Below are positions 51,048-59,880 of a stretch of DNA of 64,000 bases, in pieces. The DNA lies in the NCBI GenBank assembly GCA_037137755.1, contig JBAXJR010000002.1, forward strand, positions 96,001 to 160,000. Reading direction: 5' to 3'. Under the pieces are notes generated by a model. That model was not told where the DNA came from. It ran no database searches and saw nothing but the letters and a program-made list of their open reading frames with translations. The translations under genes were made by a program, and so were the position numbers. Source of the DNA: Methanomicrobiales archaeon. Its GTDB lineage: Archaea; Halobacteriota; Methanomicrobia; Methanomicrobiales; Methanospirillaceae. Every line of letters begins with the position of its first letter. The first letter of the stretch is position 1.

Positions 51048-52247
51048 TCATCCGGGTAAAAACCCCGCGTCCCTGATTTTTAGTTCTATATCCTTCACAT
51101 GGTCCGGCCCACGCGTCTCAATATCAATATCAACGATAACCATGCCTGGTGGCAGTCCCGGGTCATCCTTACAGTGCCCGATATTGAGGATATTTCCCTC
51201 GCACTGCGCAATTAACGAAAGGAGGCCGGCCAGGGATCCCGGGATATCCCGTAACCGGACTGATATATGCATGATCCGGCCTTTGCGTACCAGTCCCCTG
51301 TTGAGGATCTTTGCGAGGAGAGAGGTGTCGACATTTCCCCCGGATATGACCAGCACCACATTGCTGCCTTTTGGGATGGAAATATGGTTGTTCAGCAATG
51401 CTGCAACGGGGGCTGCACCTGCACCTTCTGCAAGGATTTTTTTCCTCTCGAGCAGGAACAGCATGGCATCGATAATCTCCTCTTCAGATAGAAGAATTAT
51501 TTCATCAACAAGTGACTCGAGGACGGGCAGGGCCAATGCACCTACCTGCGGGACCAGTATGCCATCCGCGACCGACTGGCCTGGAACAACCGTTACCACT
51601 TCATCTTTCCGGAGGGCCTCAAACGCTGAAGGGCAGGCCGCAGCCTGTACTCCAATAATGCGTACTGCTGGATTTTTTGCTTTCACGGCAATCGCAATAC
51701 CGCTGATTAGGCCGCCGCCACCGACCGGGACAATGATAGTATCTATGGATTGCAGGTCTTCCTGGATTTCAATCCCGATTGTGCCCTGGCCTGCGATGAT
51801 ATCAGGGTCATTGTAGGGGTGAATGAATGTTGCACCATTCACGGCAAGAGCCGAAGCAATTTCAATTGATTCCTGGAGGTCGTCTCCTTTAAGGATTATA
51901 TCTGCACCATAACTTTTTGTTGCGGCCTGTTTACTCAGGGAGGCATGGACTGGCATTACAATGGTCGCCTGAACCCCTGCCATGCGTGCGGCGACTGCCA
52001 CACCCTGTGCATGGTTCCCTGCAGACGCTGCAATCACGCCTGCCTTACCTATCTCGTTGGTATGGTTGAGGATCCGGTATGTTGCCCCCCGGACTTTGAA
52101 TGAACCTGCTTTCTGAAGTGTCTCGAGTTTCAGGTAAATACCCAGGCCGGTCATTTCAGAAAAAGTAGGTGAGTATATGAGAGGCGTACGGATGATATGG
52201 GGTGCTATGACCTCTTTTGCATGGACAATATCTTCGTACGTGACCAT
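51048..52247 (-). CDS. ilvA: Threonine ammonia-lyase with C-terminal ACT domain
   Basis: KLETLQKAGSFKVRGA (PLP Lys), SAGNHAQG, PVGGGGL, SGGNVD, ACT domain. Start trimmed to 52247. Confidence 0.92.
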   Translation of the reverse strand: MVTYEDIVHAKEVIAPHIIRTPLIYSPTFSEMTGLGIYLKLETLQKAGSFKVRGATYRILNHTNEIGKAGVIAASAGNHAQGVAVAARMAGVQATIVMPVHASLSKQAATKSYGADIILKGDDLQESIEIASALAVNGATFIHPYNDPDIIAGQGTIGIEIQEDLQSIDTIIVPVGGGGLISGIAIAVKAKNPAVRIIGVQAAACPSAFEALRKDEVVTVVPGQSVADGILVPQVGALALPVLESLVDEIILLSEEEIIDAMLFLLERKKILAEGAGAAPVAALLNNHISIPKGSNVVLVISGGNVDTSLLAKILNRGLVRKGRIMHISVRLRDIPGSLAGLLSLIAQCEGNILNIGHCKDDPGLPPGMVIVDIDIETRGPDHVKDIELKIRDAGFLPG

Positions 52248-52479
52248 ACGTGGTAATGAAGAGTACACCAATTTAGATGTTTTCGTAAGGGTGTGATACG
52301 CGGTGTTTTGCACTGGAATGTTAAAAAACCTGAAAAATAATTGAAAATGCGTAAATGGTATTCTCTTAAAGTTCCCTTGCGTCCGGGATGGTAGGATTTT
52401 CACCTGATAACAGATGAGGATTGCCAGGTAAGGGCCACCAGGGTTATATTTTCAATTCCACGGGAGTTTAGAGATCCGG

Positions 52480-52842
52480 TCATCCTGGTGATTTCCTGGT
52501 GTCGTCAATGAACTCGAGGTTGAACCGGTAGAGGTGCGTAAACCCGCAGTTCCTGCACCGGACCGTGAAATTCCTGCATCCAATCGTGGTGTCATGGGGG
52601 CCGGTCACCTTGCAATGCCTGCATAATGCTGTAGGCTCAAGGCTCCAGATATCATAACATCCTGGCTTGATATAGTCCCCCTTGCTACTGATATCTTCAA
52701 TAACCGGGACATACGACCTCGTAGCCCCGCAGTTATCACACACGACCTCTGCACCGTTCGGGACCGCGGTGATGACCTGGTTGACATCCTTCTGGCAGTG
52801 GTAGCAGGTAGTCCGGTAACAGAGCGTAATGAAATCGTCCAT
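52480..52842 (-). CDS. Double zinc-ribbon protein
   Basis: CYHC, CDNC, CRHC and CRNC arranged as two similar halves. Confidence 0.75.
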   Translation of the reverse strand: MDDFITLCYRTTCYHCQKDVNQVITAVPNGAEVVCDNCGATRSYVPVIEDISSKGDYIKPGCYDIWSLEPTALCRHCKVTGPHDTTIGCRNFTVRCRNCGFTHLYRFNLEFIDDTRKSPG

Positions 52843-53045
52843 GCTTCATAATCACGAGCATGACCAGATAAAGTATTGCTGCAGTGAACGACTTGCCAAC
52901 CGGTTGAAACACTGGATATCAGACCCATGGTTGGTGTCAGTGGCCCTCATTTAGTAATACACGTGAGAAATTGGAAGCTGAGACCTCAAAAACACTGAAA
53001 ATAACACGGGGTCAACCGGATCCGGGTGAAGGAAACGGCAGCGGA

Positions 53046-53570
53046 TTACCAGATGGGGGCTTCCAGGCTGTTCACGATTGCCTCCCCAAACTCATTTGCG
53101 GCCAATGGGCCGTTTGCCGTGATTACCCGGCCATCGTTGACAACAGGGCCCTTCTCGATGACAGCACCCCCTTTTTTCATCTCGAAATCGGAGGCGGGAC
53201 TCTCGAAATATGTGGCCCTTTTCCCTTTCAGGACCCCCGCATGGGCGAAAACAACAGGGGCAAGGCAGATGGCAGCGATTACTTTTCCGGATTTCTGGAA
53301 AAATTTTACAAGGTGGACAAGGACCTCATCATTCCAGAGGTGGACCTGTGAACCTGACCCGCCGACAATAACAAGGCCGTCATATTGTTCTGGGTCGACC
53401 TCCTCAAACGAAAGAGTTGCGGTTGTCCTGGTGCCTAGCATCCCTTTACAGGTTCCCCTTCTGGTGGAAGCGATATCAAACGCAACTCCTGCCCTTTGCA
53501 GTGCAGCGACAGGTTCAGTGAGTTCCTCGTCCCGGAATTTTTCTGGTGCAATGGCGATCAGGATCTTCAT
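53046..53570 (-). CDS. DJ-1/PfpI family protein
   Basis: FRDEEL, VGGSGS, AAICLAP nucleophile elbow, ITANGP. Confidence 0.92.
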   Translation of the reverse strand: MKILIAIAPEKFRDEELTEPVAALQRAGVAFDIASTRRGTCKGMLGTRTTATLSFEEVDPEQYDGLVIVGGSGSQVHLWNDEVLVHLVKFFQKSGKVIAAICLAPVVFAHAGVLKGKRATYFESPASDFEMKKGGAVIEKGPVVNDGRVITANGPLAANEFGEAIVNSLEAPIW

Positions 53571-53768
53571 ATATCCGGGATCACCCCGTTATTATTTGGA
53601 TATTCCGGAGGTGGCATGTCATAGGTGATTCCGGCACCAGTGCTGAATAAGGGTGATGTGAGAAAACACGGTGTGGGATTGGGCAGCTATGAACCTGATT
53701 AGGCCTATTCCCCTGGCATATTGTATACACAAGATCCTACCGGGTTGAAACTTCTTCTACACCTGCAA

Positions 53769-56525
53769 TTATGGTGCCTTTAACCTTGCTATCCCCTTTG
53801 GGATGGTGATTTCAAACCGTGCACCCTTACCCGGTTCACCGTTCTCTGCAATTGTGATGCCGGTGATCGCCAGTATCTCACGTGAAAGATGGAGCCCGAA
53901 TCCTGTATGTTTTCCAAATCCAAGTTTAAACAGATTTTTTTTATCTTCCGGGGTGACCCCTCTGCCATCATCTTCATACACGACCCTCGTCACATTGCCG
54001 GAGTCATACGAGGTGACCCGGATTGTTTTCATCTGGTCCCCCCCGTAATTCAGTGAATTCTGGACCAGGTTGTAAAATACCTTCTCGAACATCGGGTCCG
54101 CGAACACTTCCACATCCCGGGGGTCATACAGGACCTTGTGGCTCCCCATTGGCAATAATGTGGCTCCCCGCCGGACTGTATCATTCACGCTCTGCCATGC
54201 TGGCGCATTAATGCCAAGGTTCTGGTAATCTCTCATAAATGCCAGCTGTTCCTCAATAACTCCTACAATCCTTTTCTCTTTCTCAATAAATTCCATCATC
54301 TGGCTGGGTGCATCAGTACAATCACCGGACAGTTCGATGTAGCCATTGAGTGCAGTAAGCTGGTTCAGGATATCATGACGGGTGATATTATTCATCAGCT
54401 GGAGCTGCCGGTTGGACTTTTGCAATGCTTCTTCCGCCCTCCGCCGCCTGATCACATTCCACAGGCCGTTCATCAGGAGTGTCAGTTCCCTGGCATCCTT
54501 ATCACTATAGTCATTTGCCTTGTTTCCCACTCCGGCCACCAGAACGATACGGGCCCCCTCAAAAACAGGGATGTTCATATGCCGAGTGATTGGGACGTGG
54601 CCCTTTGGATGTCCCTTCTTCAGGGGATTTGGAGCAGCATAATCGTTGGTAATCACCGGCCTCCTCTGCCGCACTGCCTCTCCCCATAACCCTGTTGCCG
54701 AGACCTTATACTCAATCGGTTTTTTACTGACAGAACACTCTTTCATCGCGGTTTCCGACCAGGCATACATGGTAAGGACGGATTCGTCATCGCTGACAAA
54801 TGCGAGATATCCGACTGTGCTATCCGTCATCCTCACCCCCTCCTCAATTGCATAGATTAGGAGGTCTTTTTCGGAAGTCTCATTCATCTGGTAAAATTTA
54901 ACAAGAGTTTCCAGGCGTGATTCCTCACGCTGTAATGCCATTCTCGATTGTCCAAGTGCTATTTCGGTATGTTTCCGCCCGGTAACATCCCTTCCGACTG
55001 ACTGGTATTCCTTTACCCTGCCTGCCATATCAAAAATTGCCCGGTCTGACCACTGCTGCCAGCGGACCTCACCGTTCGGCATAATGATCGTATGTTCAAT
55101 CGTGCCTACAGGGTGGGAAACGGTAAGGGTTGAAAGAAACTGTCGCATCCTGGCCCTGTCTTCTTCCGGCATACCGGGAATGAACCTCCTTCCGAGAAGG
55201 GCCTCTTTTTTAATTCCAAAATACCTGCAGTACGCTTCATTCGCAAAAATATGGGTGCCGTCAGGAAGAAAACGGGAGATGAGCTCGGTCTGATCCTCCA
55301 CGACATTCCGGTACCGGGTCTCGCTCTCCTTCAGTGACTCCTCGATGTTTTTCTGTTCAGTGAAATCCCTTCCGACTGACTGGTATTCGACCAGTACCTC
55401 CTGGTCGTCAAAAATTGCCCTGTCGCTCCATCGTTGCCACCTTACCTGGCCATCATCCATTACGATGCGGTGGGTAACCGTTGCAACAGGGTTATCCATG
55501 GTTAATGACTGAAAATGCACCCGTACAAGGTGTTTATCTTCTGCCGGGATCAGGGGGGAAAATTTTTTACCGATGATCTCCTCCCGTTTCCTGCTGAAAT
55601 ACCGGCAATATGCATCATTAACAAAGACATGCGTCCCGTTGGGTGAAAACCTGCAGATAAATTCCGTCTGGTCTTCGACCACGTTCCGGTACTGCTGCTC
55701 ACTTGCCTCCAGTGCCATTTCCACTGTTTTCCGTTCAGTGATATCCCGTATTGATTCAATGGCGCCGACTACCCTGCCTTTCATATCGTAAAGGGGTGAG
55801 GCAATGAACCACAGGTACGCACCATTTCCATGATATAACTGGGGAATCAATAATTCAGAAATCAGGTTCTGTTCCTTCCTGATGATATGGGGATACTTCT
55901 TTTCAAATTCCGTGTCCCTATGTAAAACGAGGTCGAGCAGGATTGGCCGCCTTTCCCCGTAGAATGGGATTGCATGGGCGTAATTCCCCCTCCCAAGGAT
56001 AGCGCTGCTTTTAATGCCTGTCATTTCCTCAATTGCCTGGTTCCAGGCTATGACATGACCTTCCAGGTCTATTGCGAATGTTGCATCGGGCAGGAAATTA
56101 ATAATATCTGCCATCCGCTGTTTTGACTCGTCCAACTGTTTCTCTGTCCGCTTTTTGTCAACGGCGACCTTGATCTTATGCATAAGCTCGACAAACTGGG
56201 ACTTTGGTTCACCCCCTTTCTGGAGATAAAAATCGGCGCCGTTGTTTATTGCCTCAATTGCAACATCTTCCCTCCCTTTACCTGTAAAAAGGATGAATGG
56301 AATCTCTCCATGGTCTTTACGGACTGATTTTAAAAAAGCAATTCCGTCCATCCCCGGCATCTGGTAATCAGATACAATCACATCAAAGTTCCGGGACTGA
56401 AGCACCCTGAGGCCCTCAATTGCTGACGGGGCCGTCTGTACTTCAAATCCACTATTCCTCTCGAGAAAAGTTTTTGCGAGATCAAGAAGTGCTGGTTCGT
56501 CATCTACACAGAGGATTGAATACAA
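53769..56525 (-). CDS. Hybrid sensor kinase REC-PAS(x3)-GAF-HisKA-HATPase
   Basis: REC, three PAS, GAF (GLWGEAVRQRRP), H-box TRHDILNQ. Confidence 0.95.
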   Translation of the reverse strand: MYSILCVDDEPALLDLAKTFLERNSGFEVQTAPSAIEGLRVLQSRNFDVIVSDYQMPGMDGIAFLKSVRKDHGEIPFILFTGKGREDVAIEAINNGADFYLQKGGEPKSQFVELMHKIKVAVDKKRTEKQLDESKQRMADIINFLPDATFAIDLEGHVIAWNQAIEEMTGIKSSAILGRGNYAHAIPFYGERRPILLDLVLHRDTEFEKKYPHIIRKEQNLISELLIPQLYHGNGAYLWFIASPLYDMKGRVVGAIESIRDITERKTVEMALEASEQQYRNVVEDQTEFICRFSPNGTHVFVNDAYCRYFSRKREEIIGKKFSPLIPAEDKHLVRVHFQSLTMDNPVATVTHRIVMDDGQVRWQRWSDRAIFDDQEVLVEYQSVGRDFTEQKNIEESLKESETRYRNVVEDQTELISRFLPDGTHIFANEAYCRYFGIKKEALLGRRFIPGMPEEDRARMRQFLSTLTVSHPVGTIEHTIIMPNGEVRWQQWSDRAIFDMAGRVKEYQSVGRDVTGRKHTEIALGQSRMALQREESRLETLVKFYQMNETSEKDLLIYAIEEGVRMTDSTVGYLAFVSDDESVLTMYAWSETAMKECSVSKKPIEYKVSATGLWGEAVRQRRPVITNDYAAPNPLKKGHPKGHVPITRHMNIPVFEGARIVLVAGVGNKANDYSDKDARELTLLMNGLWNVIRRRRAEEALQKSNRQLQLMNNITRHDILNQLTALNGYIELSGDCTDAPSQMMEFIEKEKRIVGVIEEQLAFMRDYQNLGINAPAWQSVNDTVRRGATLLPMGSHKVLYDPRDVEVFADPMFEKVFYNLVQNSLNYGGDQMKTIRVTSYDSGNVTRVVYEDDGRGVTPEDKKNLFKLGFGKHTGFGLHLSREILAITGITIAENGEPGKGARFEITIPKGIARLKAP

Positions 56526-56694
56526 GGTGATTGCATCCCAACAGGTACTATCAAGTGGAGAATTGTGATTCGGATATGATAAATTCTGTGATAGCAGTAA
56601 TCCGGTGGAATTAGCAAAAAGAGCGATAATAATTAAAAAATTAAAATTCAGATCCCCTCTGTGAAGGATCAGACCTCACGTACAGTCCCGCCCG

Positions 56695-56952
56695 TTATCT
56701 GCCTGGCACACCCTGGAGTTGTGATTCCGCAATATTTCGTACCCTCTCTTTCTGATCAGGTGAAAAGCCGAGTTTATCTACGATCCCTAGAAGGAGTGTC
56801 CCGAAGAACTGCTTGCCCTCTGGTGTTGAAATATAGCTGATAACCATATTCTGCCCTTCAGTGGAAGAGAGAAATTTTTTCACCATTTCCTGTCCATCGG
56901 GTGTCTGGAGCATGCCTGACATCACACCACCGATACCGTCTAACAATCCCAT
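56695..56952 (-). CDS. Hypothetical small helical protein
   Basis: 85 aa with three 13-aa (T/S)(P/T)(D/E)G repeats. Confidence 0.7.
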   Translation of the reverse strand: MGLLDGIGGVMSGMLQTPDGQEMVKKFLSSTEGQNMVISYISTPEGKQFFGTLLLGIVDKLGFSPDQKERVRNIAESQLQGVPGR

Positions 56953-57165
56953 TCTTTTTACCGGTTTGATCTTCGGCAATTCATCCTTTAATTAGGTGTC
57001 CTGTCCAATAATTCTTAAAAAAATGTTTTTTTGCGGGTCCGCGGGGAAAAAAAATCCGCTTTTTTACGACAGAATCTATAAAACTTTGTCCGTATATCGG
57101 AGTTTTTAAATTGAAAAATGTAATATATAATTAACAATATGTGGTGGAACATTTTGGAGAAACCT

Positions 57166-58299
57166 ATGTTACGTAATTCACCCCGGACAATCACGATGGT
57201 ATTTCTCGTGTTTCTGGCCTGTGCAGCCATCGTGGTGCTACCGGTAGGTGCAGCGAATACAACCCAGACTGTATCGCCCACCCAGACAACCTCCCATGGT
57301 ACCACTGCCGCCACAACCTCGATTCCCTCAACGACCTATACAACTATTCCTGTGACATCCACGACGACAACGACGGTATCTGCGACTCATACCACACTAC
57401 CTGCCACGTCGCAGACCACGACAGCCGTTACAACCGCTGCCCAATCGCTGGTGAACCCCGTCGTAGCGTTCTATGCCGACGAGACAGATGGTTCAGCACC
57501 ATTTGAAGTCAAGTTCCACGATATGTCTTCAGGCGGCCCGACCTCGTGGAGCTGGGACTTTGGTGATGGTACATCCGACACCACCAAGGACCCGTCCCAT
57601 ACCTACCAGGATGCCGGGACCTACACCGTCAGGATGACTGCCACGACCCGGTCAGGCAGTGCATCCGCTACCCGTGAGGACTACATTATGGTGGACTCGG
57701 CAGCTACAGCGACCGCGACGACAACCCTTACGACGACAGCCACCACCTCATCCACAACTGCATCCACATCCAATCTTCTCGCAGCCTTCACGGGTTCACC
57801 AAGGTCAGGGATCGCCCCCCTGACGGTGGTGTTCAGCGACACCACGGTGGGGACACCGATCGACTGGAAATGGGACTTTGGTGATGGAGCCTCTGATACG
57901 ACCCAGAACCCCGTTCATACGTATACAGATGTCGGGTCTTATACGGTATCTTTGACCGTCAACTCATCCGTTTCCGGGAAAAAAGTTAAACAGGCAGATT
58001 TTATCACCGTTAGTTCATCGTTGGATTCAACCCAGGTGGAAAGGACATTACCTGGCTCCGGTGGCAGCGGTTCCCAGGTCAGAACCAGGGTTACGACGGG
58101 TGCAGGCCCGGACCAGAATTCAGGTCAGGTCAGCACGGGTAAAACAACAACCCCGGTGCCCACGCTCACCGGAAAAGCATGGCTTGAGTACGAAAAACAG
58201 AGGATGGCCGAAGTGGATGTCATAGCTGCCACCCAGAAGAATAAGGATGTAATTTCACTGCTATTTGATTTCTTTAAAGGCCTGATTCCGTGGAAATAA
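57166..58299 (+). CDS. Secreted Thr-rich protein with two PKD domains
   Basis: Signal peptide, Thr-rich stretches and two W.WDFGDG PKD repeats. Confidence 0.9.
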   Translation: MLRNSPRTITMVFLVFLACAAIVVLPVGAANTTQTVSPTQTTSHGTTAATTSIPSTTYTTIPVTSTTTTTVSATHTTLPATSQTTTAVTTAAQSLVNPVVAFYADETDGSAPFEVKFHDMSSGGPTSWSWDFGDGTSDTTKDPSHTYQDAGTYTVRMTATTRSGSASATREDYIMVDSAATATATTTLTTTATTSSTTASTSNLLAAFTGSPRSGIAPLTVVFSDTTVGTPIDWKWDFGDGASDTTQNPVHTYTDVGSYTVSLTVNSSVSGKKVKQADFITVSSSLDSTQVERTLPGSGGSGSQVRTRVTTGAGPDQNSGQVSTGKTTTPVPTLTGKAWLEYEKQRMAEVDVIAATQKNKDVISLLFDFFKGLIPWK

Positions 58300-58407
58300 T
58301 GTTGTTCCGGGTGAGCAGTCCGGGTATCGCGCCACCGGATTTCACAGGATATTTTCCTATTTGTCCGTTCGATTGACATCCTTCGTTCTATTAAAAAAAA
58401 GCGGACC

Positions 58408-58579
58408 TCCATTGGCAGCAGGGGGTTTTAACGGACCCCTGTCCCCTCCCGGCCGGGATATTCTCCGGGCAGTGAGTCTACCCTGAAGGTTAAGAGATTA
58501 AAGAATGCACCCTATCCCAACCTGGACGCCAAAGCGGCGTGGCGGAGTCCAGAGTGCGTGAGTACATTTCAGGGCCCCC
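58408..58579. repeat. Structured non-coding dispersed element, copy B
   Basis: Hairpins CAGGGG/CCCCTG and CCCGG/CCGGG, plus nested stems CCTGAA/TTCAGG, GCAC/GTGC, CTGGAC/GTCCAG. Homologous to 41258-41405. Confidence 0.7.
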
Positions 58580-58886
58580 TAAAATTGGCATGAAGGATTT
58601 TGGTAGATATCACAAAAAGCATGCTATGTGCCTTGGCTCATAGATGGTCATGAATAGGCGGCCTTTCAGATGCCAGCTTGTAGTTTTTCGTACCGATCCA
58701 TTTATGCATAATTCGTAATTCTCCCTATCCGCGGCAATATCCCAGGCTTCATCCATGCTACCGGTTTTCAGGCAGAATGACCCCGGGTGTGTCTTCAATA
58801 TCCGTCATATGGTTGCCAATAATGGCCCATGAGGTTTATTTTATAAGGTGTTATTATTTCATCAGTAAAAACAGGGAGATCCTGGT

Positions 58887-59474
58887 TTAACCCAGGTATA
58901 CCACCTGTTTTTTATGCACTTCATTCAATACCTGCCCAAGACCTGTATAAATTGCAGCGAATCCGCAAATAATACCTTCATAGCCGGCAATCATGGTGAT
59001 GGTTGGATTTCCGGTGATATATCCAAGTGCCAGGAGGAAGAAGAGGACTGCAAGTGAACCAAATACGAACTGGAGTGCTTTTGTTGCTTTTAACGTCCCG
59101 ATAAACATGACGGCGGTGAATAATCCCCACATAAAGAGATATGCTGCCATTGCCGTGTTGCTGGTAGGTTCGGCAAGCCCCATCTTAGGGAGCACTAATA
59201 GCGCTACAAGGCTCATCCAGAAGAGTCCGTATGAAAGGAAAGCCGTGGTCCCGAACGTGTTATTCTTCTTCCATTCCATGAGGCCCGCGATAATCTGGGC
59301 AAGCCCGCCGTAAAATATACCCATTGCAAGGACCATTGACACCAGTGCAAAAAAACCGGCATTATGCAGGTTTAGCAGTACGGTGGTCATGCCAAATCCA
59401 AGCAGCCCAAGGGGGGCGGGGTTGGCTGTGAGATCAAATATCTTTACTCCTACATTTGACGTTTCAGTTTCCAT
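58887..59474 (-). CDS. satP: Acetate/succinate uptake channel, GPR1/FUN34/YaaH family
   Basis: [36 protein letters not shown]. Confidence 0.93.
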   Translation of the reverse strand: METETSNVGVKIFDLTANPAPLGLLGFGMTTVLLNLHNAGFFALVSMVLAMGIFYGGLAQIIAGLMEWKKNNTFGTTAFLSYGLFWMSLVALLVLPKMGLAEPTSNTAMAAYLFMWGLFTAVMFIGTLKATKALQFVFGSLAVLFFLLALGYITGNPTITMIAGYEGIICGFAAIYTGLGQVLNEVHKKQVVYLG

Positions 59475-59880
59475 TCTTGTTACTTCCTTTGAGGTTAGTA
59501 TAATTTTTTAGTTCCATCAAAATCGTGTATTAGGAAAACAGGAAGGTGAATCCGGAATCCAATAGTTTTCCTCATCTTCTGTTCCTGAATAATCCCCGGG
59601 ACTCAAAGTCTGTTTTTGGGATGTTCGTCCCATCAATTTCAGCAATAATGGTTGGACCTGTTCCTGTTAACTCTGCAGAATACCCTTTGGGAAGGATAAA
59701 GGACAATTTTTCTTCCAGATTCTCCCGGTGAAGAATTCCTTTTGTCACGCCTTGATGTTTACGAAATACCCCATTACCCTGACAAGGTAAGAAGGTAAGC
59801 ATCTGCATAGCAATTTTGCAAAGCAATATGATCAGTATTATAGGATGGTGCAGGGATTTTATTATTAAAGAGTTCAACCG

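Noticed and set aside
57280-57780. ACN-rich repetitive DNA as a tandem repeat or CRISPR array
   Set aside because: It is explained by Thr-rich linker codons; there is no repeat-spacer periodicity.
58400-58580. 6S RNA, tmRNA, SRP or RNase P identity for the structured element
   Set aside because: It lacks their signatures (no tRNA-like ends, no GGAAGG SRP helix-8 motif, no RNase P GAGGAAAGUCC) and does not fold as one rod.
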